DNA of 38,615 nucleotides from an uncultured Prevotellaceae bacterium (GCA_947303695.1 CAMYYX010000001.1:1-38615); one strand, 5' to 3'. Shown: positions 26,592 to 34,858, counted from the first letter of the stretch. A program made the numbers and translations. Notes: generated by a model from the sequence alone, not told the origin.

Positions 26592-27534
26592 AGAAAAACT
26601 GCAATCCACCCTCAAGTCAAACGATATTGAGGAGTGGCTTGACTTAAAGATTGTACGCCCGATAGGCTATTGGTGGACGTTACTGTTTCTTAAACTGAAT
26701 GTACATCCTAATACGGTCACGGTGTTGTCCATGATTATCGGAGGTGCAGCGGGTTTCTTCTTGGTGAAGCGAGCCGACACAACAGAAGGTCTTATCTACA
26801 ACATTATAGGTATCCTGTTGGTGATGTGGGCCAATATCTACGATAGCACCGATGGACAGTTGGCACGACTCACGGGCAAGAAGAGCCGTCTGGGACGTAT
26901 CCTCGATGGAGCAGCCGGCGATATATGGTTCCTCTCTATCTATTTCGGATTGGCCATTCGTCTCTGCGACCAGACCATCCCATTCACCAACATGAAGTGG
27001 GGATGGATATCGTTTGCCCTTATGGCAACATCCGGATTCCTCTGTCATGCACGTCAGTGCAATCTTGCTGACTACTACCGTCAGGCACACCTCTTCTTCC
27101 AGAAGGGAGCAGCCAACAGCGAGTTAGACAACTACAAGCAGCAGAAAGCCCTGTACGATGAAGCGAAATGGAGCGACGACTTCATTTGGAAGTTCTTCCT
27201 GCTCACATACGTACGTTACACCAAGATACAGGAAGCACAGACTCCTGAATTCCAGAAACTGATGGCAGCAGTGAAACAAGCCTATCCAAACGATTTGCCA
27301 CAATCACTTCGCGATGATTTCCGTGCTCATAGCCTACCTCTTATCAAGTATGTCAACATGTTGTCGTTCAACACACGTGCTATTGTGCTTTATGTCACTT
27401 GTCTCATCGACATGCCATACCTCTATCCTCTGTTCGAGATATTTGTATTGATGAGCATGTTTTTCTATATGCGCTCATCCCACGAAAAGTTCTGTAAGCA
27501 ATTAAGACAAAATGTTGAAGCAGGAAAGTATTAA
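26581..27534 (+). CDS. CDP-alcohol phosphatidyltransferase family membrane protein
   Basis: The signature YDSTDGQLARLTGKKSRLGRILDGAAGD corresponds to DGx2ARx8Gx3D followed by a displaced final Asp. The protein has multiple TM helices and overlaps the upstream gene by 11 nt. Confidence 0.8.
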   Translation: MTNKEKLQSTLKSNDIEEWLDLKIVRPIGYWWTLLFLKLNVHPNTVTVLSMIIGGAAGFFLVKRADTTEGLIYNIIGILLVMWANIYDSTDGQLARLTGKKSRLGRILDGAAGDIWFLSIYFGLAIRLCDQTIPFTNMKWGWISFALMATSGFLCHARQCNLADYYRQAHLFFQKGAANSELDNYKQQKALYDEAKWSDDFIWKFFLLTYVRYTKIQEAQTPEFQKLMAAVKQAYPNDLPQSLRDDFRAHSLPLIKYVNMLSFNTRAIVLYVTCLIDMPYLYPLFEIFVLMSMFFYMRSSHEKFCKQLRQNVEAGKY

Positions 27535-28237
27535 AGGAATCATTTTCGACTATGGCGGTACACTTGATACGAATGGTGTACATTGGTCAGAGGTTCTTTG
27601 GGAAAAATATCAGCAGGAGCAGATTGCTGTTACCAAGGATCAGTTCCGCGAGAGCTATGTGTATGCAGAGCGTGAACTGGCAAAGAATCCCTACATCAAA
27701 CCAGAACATACATTTATGGATGTTCTTCGTATCAAGACTGATATTGAGACTCGTTATTTAGTTGATAATGGAATGTGGACTGTCAATGAGTTGACTCGTC
27801 GTGCCTCCTACGAACATGTTACCTTAAGATGCTATCAGCATGTGATGGATGTGTTGCAAGCGAGCCGCAAGGTTCTCCATACATTGGCGGAGCATTATCC
27901 AATGGTGTTAGTGAGTAATTTCTATGGTAATATTCACACCGTTCTGCAGGACTTCCAGCTAACGTATTTTAAGGATGTCATTGAATCGTCGGTTGTAGGC
28001 GTTCGTAAACCCGATCCTCAGATTTTTATGATGGGAGTTGAAGCACTAGGCTTAAAGCCGGAAGAGACGGTTGTGATAGGAGACTCATTCTCTAAAGATA
28101 TTTTGCCAACTCGCCAAATCGGATGCCAGACCATTTGGCTGAAAGGACAAGGGTGGGGGAGTGAAGAAGTTGATGAATCGTTGCCGTCACTCATCCTGAC
28201 AGACATCTCGAAACTGCCTGAATACGTACTTAAATAG
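27512..28237 (+). CDS. HAD superfamily (subfamily IA-like) hydrolase
   Basis: Motif I is GIIFDYGGTLD, motif II is VLVSN, motif III is VGVRKPDP and motif IV is VVIGDSFSKDI. It overlaps the upstream gene by 23 nt. Confidence 0.8.
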   Translation: MLKQESIKGIIFDYGGTLDTNGVHWSEVLWEKYQQEQIAVTKDQFRESYVYAERELAKNPYIKPEHTFMDVLRIKTDIETRYLVDNGMWTVNELTRRASYEHVTLRCYQHVMDVLQASRKVLHTLAEHYPMVLVSNFYGNIHTVLQDFQLTYFKDVIESSVVGVRKPDPQIFMMGVEALGLKPEETVVIGDSFSKDILPTRQIGCQTIWLKGQGWGSEEVDESLPSLILTDISKLPEYVLK

Positions 28238-28310
28238 TATGAAAGTCATTAAGAAAGGTCAAAAGGATGAATAATTGGACTGTATTTTTGATACTCAGTA
28301 ATAAAATGAT

Positions 28311-28318
28311 TATCTTTG
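28311..28318 (+). promoter_or_regulatory. Candidate -7 box TATCTTTG for the inositol-phosphate synthase gene
   Basis: TATCTTTG lies about 37 nt upstream of the ATG at 28355. A second TAnnTTTG match (TATTTTTG) is at 28283-28290. Confidence 0.45.
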
Positions 28319-28354
28319 CAAGAAATTTCTAATAAAGGAATATATAAATAAAAA

Positions 28355-29662
28355 ATGGCAAATCAGATAGTAAAACCAGCAGATGGAAGACTTGGCATTA
28401 TGGTCGTTGGACTTGGTGCTGTGGCATCTACGTTGATGACGGGTGTGTTCATGGCGCGTAAGGGTTTGGCAAAACCTGTGGGTTCGTTGATTGAGTATGA
28501 CAAGATTCGAGTGGGAAAAGGGAAAGAAAAGCAATATCTTTCATACAGAGAGATTGTGCCAATTGCTGAATTGAACGATATTGTGTTTGGCGCTTGGGAT
28601 ATTTATCCTGTGGATGCTTATCGTAGTGCCATGTATGCAGAAGTACTGAAGGAGAAAGATATAGAACCCGTAAAAGACGAATTGGAGAAGATTGTCCCGA
28701 TGAAAGCGGCCTTCGACAGGAATTATGCAAAACGATTGGATGGCGACAATGTGATGGAAGCGAAGACCCGTTGGGAGATGGTAGAACAATTGCGTGAGGA
28801 TATTCGTACTTTCAAGCAGAAGAATTGTTGTGCACGTATTGTTGTAGCATGGGCTGCATCTACGGAAATATATGTTCCGTATAATGAATCCGTTCATGGA
28901 TCATTGGCTGCATTGGAAGCTGCCATGAAAGCAGACGACAAAGAGCATGTCGCTCCGTCTATGTGTTATGCCTATGCAGCATTGACCGAAGGTGCTCCGT
29001 TTATCATGGGTGCTCCGAATACGACCGTCGATATTCCTGCTATGTGGGAATTGGCAGAGAAGACCAAGATGCCTATCGCCGGTAAGGATTTCAAGACAGG
29101 TCAGACATTGGTGAAGAGCGGCTTTGCCCCCATTATCGGTACACGTTGTCTGGGACTGAGCGGATGGTTCTCTACGAATATTCTTGGCAATCGTGATGGT
29201 TTGGTATTGGATGAACCGGAAAACTTCCATACGAAGGAAGTCAGCAAGTTGTCTACACTTGAGTCTATCCTCGTTCCTGAGAAACAACCAGACCTCTATA
29301 CCGACTACTATCACAAGGTGCGCATCAACTACTATCCTCCACGTAATGACAATAAGGAGGGGTGGGACAATATTGACATCTTCGGCTGGATGGGTTATCC
29401 GATGCAGATAAAGATTGATTTTCTGTGTCGTGATTCCATTCTCGCAGCACCATTATTATTAGACCTATGTCTGTTTAGCGACCTTGCTGCACGTGCTGGT
29501 CGATATGGCATACAGCGGTTCCTCAGTTTCTATCTCAAAAGTCCGATGCACGACTACACAAAGGGTGAGGTGCCCGTGAATCATCTGTTCCAGCAGTACG
29601 TGATGTTGAAGAATGCGATACGTGAGATGGGTGGATATGAGGCAGATGAGGAGATAGACTAA
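28355..29662 (+). CDS. ino1: myo-inositol-1-phosphate synthase (MIPS)
   Basis: 435 aa, with the Rossmann start GIMVVGLGAVAST, plus ...FKTGQTLVKS..., ...STNILGNRDG... and ...LCRDSILAAPLLLDL..., which are characteristic MIPS blocks. Confidence 0.92.
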   Translation: MANQIVKPADGRLGIMVVGLGAVASTLMTGVFMARKGLAKPVGSLIEYDKIRVGKGKEKQYLSYREIVPIAELNDIVFGAWDIYPVDAYRSAMYAEVLKEKDIEPVKDELEKIVPMKAAFDRNYAKRLDGDNVMEAKTRWEMVEQLREDIRTFKQKNCCARIVVAWAASTEIYVPYNESVHGSLAALEAAMKADDKEHVAPSMCYAYAALTEGAPFIMGAPNTTVDIPAMWELAEKTKMPIAGKDFKTGQTLVKSGFAPIIGTRCLGLSGWFSTNILGNRDGLVLDEPENFHTKEVSKLSTLESILVPEKQPDLYTDYYHKVRINYYPPRNDNKEGWDNIDIFGWMGYPMQIKIDFLCRDSILAAPLLLDLCLFSDLAARAGRYGIQRFLSFYLKSPMHDYTKGEVPVNHLFQQYVMLKNAIREMGGYEADEEID

Positions 29663-29671
29663 AGCCCTCGT

Positions 29672-29710
29672 TAAACGCTAAAATCTAAACGCTAAAATCT
29701 AAACGCTCAA
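29672..29710. repeat. Tandem repeat: 14-bp unit taaacgctaaaatc x2 plus a degenerate third copy (7-bp sub-period taaaNNc)
   Basis: Read directly: taaacgctaaaatc (29672-29685), taaacgctaaaatc (29686-29699), taaacgctcaa (29700-29710). It lies between the MIPS stop and the next start. Confidence 0.9.
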
Positions 29711-29723
29711 CGGAATCAAAGGA

Positions 29724-32321
29724 TTGAAGAGGTCTCTGTTACATATCATCGTTATGCTATTCCTGTCGCTTGGTGCATGTGCCCAGGTGACAGGTGTGGT
29801 TATTGATTCCAAGACCCGCCAACCGATAGATTTTGCGAATGTGTATTATGACGGAACGACAACCGGAGTAACGACAGATGCGAAAGGACGCTTTTCCATT
29901 AAGGAACGTGATGATTGGAAAGTGTTGACCGTATCAGGATTGGGATATGTGACACAAAAAGTCCGTTTGATTGCTGGAAAGAATAAGAATCTGAAGATAT
30001 TGCTTGTAAGTGCTCCTCGTCAGATAGAAGAGGTAACGATTCAGGGACGCCGTACTCGTTATAGTAGGAGAGACAATCCTGCGGTTGAATTGATGAGAAA
30101 GGTAATCGACCATAAGAAATCGTACGATCTTCATCAAAAGGACTTCTTCAATTACACGAAATACGAGAAGATGGTTTTCTCGCTCAACGAGTTCACGGAG
30201 AAAGTGTTTGAGGAGAACGAGATGAAACGCTTTGCTTTCCTCAAAGATCATGTAGAGCGTTGTCCGGAGACCGGTAAACTGATTCTTCCCCTTACAGTCG
30301 ATGAATCTATCTCAGAGCTGTTTTACCGTAAGAGTCCCCACACAGAGAAGTGCATGATAAAGGCACAGAGCAATAAAGGCGTTAACGAATTGGTGAACAC
30401 CGGGGATATCTTAACGAGCGTGTTGAAAGATGTATTTACGGATGTGGATATCTATGAAAACGAATGCCGTTTGTTACAGCATCCATTCAAAAGCCCAATA
30501 GCCAATAGTGCTATCTCGTTTTACAGATATTATATCGAAGATACGTTGATGATTGATGACGATGAGGTCATACAGGTAGAGTTCGGACCGAACAATCCAC
30601 AGGACTTTGGCTTTTCCGGTACGCTTTTTATCTTGGCTGACTCAAGTTATCAAGTGAGGAAGGTTGAACTTCATATTCCGTCTCGTAGTGATGTGAATTT
30701 TGTGGAGAACATGGTTATTTCACAGGATTTCGCAGAATTGCCCACAGGTGAACGTGTTGTTGTGAGTAATGACATGTTGGTCGAATTGAAGCTCGCATCA
30801 TTTTTGAAGAAGTTACAGGTCCAGCGTGTCATCCGGAACAAGAATTATTCATTTGATGAGATTTCCGAAAAGGTCTTTAAGCGGATCAAAGGTTCGGTTT
30901 ACAAAGAACCTGATGCAGAAATGCAAACCGATGATTATTGGAATGAGTATCGTGAGGTGGAACTGACGCGTAGTGAGAGCCAGATGGATACTTTCCTTGA
31001 TCGTTTGCAGAAGGTGAAGGGATTCAAATACTTGATTTTTGGATTCAAGGCGCTTGTTGAAAACTTTGTTGAGACAGGCGATTCCACTCATAACTATGTC
31101 GATATCGGTCCGGTCAACACCATCATTACGAATAACCATTATGACAAGTGGCGTTTTCGTGTGTCTGCGTTGACCAATGCAAATCTCAGTCCGCATCTCT
31201 TTGCAAGTGGTTATGTGGCGTATGGAACCAAGACGCATCATGTGTATGGAAAAGCACAACTCACATATTCGTTCAATAAGAAGGCGTATCTGCCTCGTGA
31301 GTTCCCCATGAACAATCTTTCCATCACGTATCTGAACGATGTGGTGAGTCCGTTTGACAAGTTCATCCCGACCGATAAGGATAACATGTTCTTAGCCCTC
31401 AAGGCAGTAAGTGTGGATCAGTTCAACCATACGAATGAAGTGAAGATAGCATACGACCGCGAGTATCTCAATGGTTTGAAGTTCAATGCTTCGTTCACAC
31501 ACACGAGGAACAGACCTGTCGATGCGCTGTTCTATCAGCCGCTCGATGATGCAGGCGCTCCGGTCAACGACCCTGCAAAGTGGAAGCATAGCATGACTAC
31601 AGCAGAGGCAAAGGCTGCTATTTCTTTCGAACCTGGTGCCGCCTACATCAATACCAAACAGCGTCGAATCAAACTCAATAAAGAGGCTCCGATTATTACT
31701 GTGAGTCACACAATGGGTTTCAACAAGTTGTTGGGTGGTGAGTACGAATACAATGTGACAGAAGGGACAATCTACAAGCGCGTATGGATTCCCAACAGCT
31801 TTGGCAAGATGGACTTTTTGCTGCAAGGAGGTATTCAGTGGAACAAAGTACCGTTCCCATTGCTGATCCATCCTGCTGCCAATCAGTCTTACATCCTCGA
31901 AGACAATACCTTTTCGTTGATTGGTAATCTTGAGTTCCTCAACGACCGCTATCTGTCTTTGATGTATAGTTGGGACCTGAGCGGAAAGCTGTTCAATCGT
32001 ATTCCATTGTTGAGGAAGTTGAAGTGGAGAGAAATGGTTGGTTTGAACGTGCTTTGGGGTACTTTGACCGATAAGAATAATCCAATGAAGACAAACGATA
32101 AGAGTGGGTTGTTCTATTTCCCGGGTCATTTCCAGCCAGATGGTTCGTATGAATGTAATACCGTTGTTATGGACCCTAAGACGCCTTATGTAGAATTACG
32201 TTTGGCAATACACAATATATTGAAAATCGTTCATGTCGAGTATGTTCGACGTTTGACCTATCTTTCTAACCCCAACATCCGAAAATGGGGTATTCGATTA
32301 AAAGTACGTATGAGCTTTTAG
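29724..32321 (+). CDS. Large secreted envelope protein with an N-terminal carboxypeptidase-regulatory-like domain (DUF5686-type, putative OM protein)
   Basis: The signal is MKRSLLHIIVMLFLSLGACAQ (TTG start at 29724). It is followed by VTGVVIDSKTRQPIDFANVYYDGTTTGVTTDAKGRFSI, a CarboxypepD_reg-like fold motif. The C-terminus ...RLKVRMSF ends in Phe. The family name is from memory. Confidence 0.65.
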   Translation: MKRSLLHIIVMLFLSLGACAQVTGVVIDSKTRQPIDFANVYYDGTTTGVTTDAKGRFSIKERDDWKVLTVSGLGYVTQKVRLIAGKNKNLKILLVSAPRQIEEVTIQGRRTRYSRRDNPAVELMRKVIDHKKSYDLHQKDFFNYTKYEKMVFSLNEFTEKVFEENEMKRFAFLKDHVERCPETGKLILPLTVDESISELFYRKSPHTEKCMIKAQSNKGVNELVNTGDILTSVLKDVFTDVDIYENECRLLQHPFKSPIANSAISFYRYYIEDTLMIDDDEVIQVEFGPNNPQDFGFSGTLFILADSSYQVRKVELHIPSRSDVNFVENMVISQDFAELPTGERVVVSNDMLVELKLASFLKKLQVQRVIRNKNYSFDEISEKVFKRIKGSVYKEPDAEMQTDDYWNEYREVELTRSESQMDTFLDRLQKVKGFKYLIFGFKALVENFVETGDSTHNYVDIGPVNTIITNNHYDKWRFRVSALTNANLSPHLFASGYVAYGTKTHHVYGKAQLTYSFNKKAYLPREFPMNNLSITYLNDVVSPFDKFIPTDKDNMFLALKAVSVDQFNHTNEVKIAYDREYLNGLKFNASFTHTRNRPVDALFYQPLDDAGAPVNDPAKWKHSMTTAEAKAAISFEPGAAYINTKQRRIKLNKEAPIITVSHTMGFNKLLGGEYEYNVTEGTIYKRVWIPNSFGKMDFLLQGGIQWNKVPFPLLIHPAANQSYILEDNTFSLIGNLEFLNDRYLSLMYSWDLSGKLFNRIPLLRKLKWREMVGLNVLWGTLTDKNNPMKTNDKSGLFYFPGHFQPDGSYECNTVVMDPKTPYVELRLAIHNILKIVHVEYVRRLTYLSNPNIRKWGIRLKVRMSF

Positions 32322-32351
32322 GATAATGGAAATAACTATAAAATAAATAAA

Positions 32352-33584
32352 ATGCAAAAAATGAAACACATATTGGTACTTCTCTTGTTGACTTCTTCAG
32401 CATTGACTGTGGGAGCCCAAGAGCCGTTTAACCCCAAGAAAACTATCAAGGAGGTGAAGGCTCAGCTTAAAGCAGAGAAATACCAGCAGGCTGATGATAT
32501 ACTCAGTAAAGCCATGAATGCCAACAAGGAGGCAAAGGACAACGCTGAGTTTCATTATCTGCGTTTGCAATCATTACAGGGACTGGCTACTGCTGAAAAC
32601 CGTAACATGTTCTTGAATACACGTCCCGATACCGCTAAATATTTCACTTATATCAGTCGCATATACGAGTATGGCTTCTCGTGCGATAGTCTTGATCGGA
32701 TTCCTGATGAGAAAGGGAGGGTGCGTCCGGCCTATACATCACACATTGTCAATCTATTGTATGCCTATCGTAATAACATCAAGAGTGCAGGAAAGTACTA
32801 TTATAAGAAAAACAAATTCGATGATGCTTATCGTTTCTTTGATCTCTATTTAACTACGCTTCATCATCCGTTGATTACCGCTGCAAAAGACTACAAAGTC
32901 GACGAAGACACCTTGTCACTTGCCAATCTTGCCGTTTTTGCAGCCTACAATGCGGCTCAATACAAGAATGTCATGAAATACCTACCGATGGCGATGAAAG
33001 ACAGCACGGATTATGCCTTACTCTGCCAGATAGGCAGTAAGTCCAGTATGGAACTCGTTGACACACTTGGAGCAGTCCGTTATCTGCGAGAGGGTTGGAA
33101 GACCGATCCCAAACAGGAGTTTTTCTATATCAACCTGATTGACTACCATGTAGAACGTCAGGAGTATGTTGATGCGATTCGGATTATTGACCAACAGTTG
33201 GAGGTAGAACCGCAGAAACGACTCTTGTGGTATCTGAAAGGAAAGTGTGAACAATGTATTGATAGTGTGGATACAGCTATCGACTGCTTTAACAAGGCCG
33301 TTGAGATTCAGCCCGATGATGCTTTGTCATATAGTAGTTTGGGAGGAATTTATATTGATAAAGCACGACAGGTGTACGATGTCAACAACAATCGTCCTGG
33401 AACCCAGGCTTATACACGTGCGAAGAACAAGCAGAACAAAATCTACAAGCAAGCGCAGGAAGTCTATGAGAATGCACGCAAATATGCACCCGACAACAAG
33501 GCCTTATGGCACGATGGGTTGATGGAAGTCTATTTCAAACTGAACCTTGGTAAAGAACTGAAAGAATTGGAAAATGAACAATAA
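32352..33584 (+). CDS. Secreted TPR-like repeat protein
   Basis: The signal peptide is MQKMKHILVLLLLTSSALTVGAQ. The protein is helical-repeat-like, with TPR-type segments (e.g. LWYLKGKCEQCIDSVDTAIDCFNKAVEIQPDDALSYSSLGGIY). Confidence 0.6.
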   Translation: MQKMKHILVLLLLTSSALTVGAQEPFNPKKTIKEVKAQLKAEKYQQADDILSKAMNANKEAKDNAEFHYLRLQSLQGLATAENRNMFLNTRPDTAKYFTYISRIYEYGFSCDSLDRIPDEKGRVRPAYTSHIVNLLYAYRNNIKSAGKYYYKKNKFDDAYRFFDLYLTTLHHPLITAAKDYKVDEDTLSLANLAVFAAYNAAQYKNVMKYLPMAMKDSTDYALLCQIGSKSSMELVDTLGAVRYLREGWKTDPKQEFFYINLIDYHVERQEYVDAIRIIDQQLEVEPQKRLLWYLKGKCEQCIDSVDTAIDCFNKAVEIQPDDALSYSSLGGIYIDKARQVYDVNNNRPGTQAYTRAKNKQNKIYKQAQEVYENARKYAPDNKALWHDGLMEVYFKLNLGKELKELENEQ

Positions 33585-34788
33585 AATGCGCAATAATTAT
33601 CTTGCTCTCCTTTTGGTGCTGCTGACATGTTCGATGTCAGGAATGGCACAAGAGGAACAGCCTGCCCCACAGCAACAGCTCGATTCGATAGAGGTGTCGT
33701 TGCTCACCTGCACACCAGGCCCTGTGGCATATTCCATGTATGGTCACTCCGCACTTCGTGTGCATAATTTCACGGAGAAGTTGGACCTCGTGTTCAATTA
33801 TGGAGTCTTCGATTATAATGAAGACAATTTCGTCTTCAAGTTCGTCAAAGGCGAAACAGATTATATCTTAGGTGCAGAATATACTGTTGGTTTCTTCGGA
33901 CGTTATGCAGACGAGGAAGCTGGTGTCTTGGAACAGGTGTTGAATCTGACCAATGAGGAAACGAATGCCATCAATGATATTTTGATGGAAAACCTTCAAC
34001 CAGCCAATCGTATGTATCGCTATAATTGGTTATATGATAATTGTACTACACGTGCACGCGATGCACTGGAGAAGGCTGTCCAAGGTGAGATCAGGTACAT
34101 GGCAGCAGACAAGCATCTAACGGCACGGCAGATTCTTAGTCAGTTCAATGCTGTGGATCGTTGGATAGAGTTTGGAGAGAATTTCATCCTTGGATACGAA
34201 CTGGATAATCCGTTAACCAAACGTCAGCAGATGTTTATTCCTTCCTATTACGCTGCAGATGTTGATAGCGCCATCATTCGTCGCAACGATGGTAGGGTAG
34301 TCCCGCTTGTGAAAGAAACGAGGCATCCTCTCCAACAGACGTTAGTTACGAATCCTTCACAGGTCGATTGGCCGATGTGGACCTTTGTCATCCTGTTTGT
34401 CATCATTGCAGTTGTTGGTTTCTTCGAACTGCGACGTGTGAAGACGTTCAAATGGTTGGATGTCGCCTTGTCCTTTATGACAGGATTGGCAGGCATCTTG
34501 GTGGCATTTTTGCACTTTTTCTCTGAGCATGCAGGCGTGAATACCAATATCTTGGTCATTCTCTTCAATCCGTTAGCATTTGCTATCATTCCTTTCGTGA
34601 TTCGACGTAAGACTCAAATCCTGAGTTATGCTATATTGGCAGTATTTGTTGTGTTCTTTATTACTTATTTTGTCGTTCGACAGTACCTTGATCCGGCAAT
34701 TTGGCCTTTGGCATTAACTTTGTTGTTAAGAGTTGTTGTAAATATTTCTGTAAATCACAAAAAAACACTATCTTTGCAAACGAAATAA
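33574..34788 (+). CDS. DUF4105 (Lnb N-terminal domain) protein with a C-terminal multi-TM region
   Basis: A signal peptide is followed by SLLTCTPGPVAYSMYGHSALRV, the DUF4105-type GH..LR block as I recall it. There are 4-5 C-terminal TM helices. It overlaps the TPR gene by 11 nt. Confidence 0.65.
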   Translation: MNNKMRNNYLALLLVLLTCSMSGMAQEEQPAPQQQLDSIEVSLLTCTPGPVAYSMYGHSALRVHNFTEKLDLVFNYGVFDYNEDNFVFKFVKGETDYILGAEYTVGFFGRYADEEAGVLEQVLNLTNEETNAINDILMENLQPANRMYRYNWLYDNCTTRARDALEKAVQGEIRYMAADKHLTARQILSQFNAVDRWIEFGENFILGYELDNPLTKRQQMFIPSYYAADVDSAIIRRNDGRVVPLVKETRHPLQQTLVTNPSQVDWPMWTFVILFVIIAVVGFFELRRVKTFKWLDVALSFMTGLAGILVAFLHFFSEHAGVNTNILVILFNPLAFAIIPFVIRRKTQILSYAILAVFVVFFITYFVVRQYLDPAIWPLALTLLLRVVVNISVNHKKTLSLQTK

Positions 34789-34808
34789 GAAAAAGTAAAT
34801 GAGAAGAG

Positions 34809-34858
34809 GAGTTAACGGAGTTAACGAAGTTAGCGGCCTTACGGCCTCGAAGTTAACG
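34809..34858. repeat. Tandem 9-mers (g/a)agtta(a/g)cg x3, a GGCC hairpin and a fourth copy; multiple GTTAAC palindromes
   Basis: The copies are gagttaacg (34809-17), gagttaacg (34818-26) and aagttagcg (34827-35). Then comes ggccttacggcc, then aagttaacg (34850-58). A further GTTAAC is at 34875-80. Confidence 0.85.

Noticed and set aside
29672-29710. Possible CRISPR array (also considered for 38412..38471 and 34809..34858)
   Set aside because: The units are only 7-14 bp and directly abutting, with no spacers, and there are no cas genes in the window. These are simple tandem repeats.
31392-32129. Minus-strand 245-aa ORF inside the DUF5686-type gene, and similar shadows at 36101..36676 and 37181..37747 inside secA
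   Set aside because: They are antisense to long, motif-bearing + strand genes and have no independent support.
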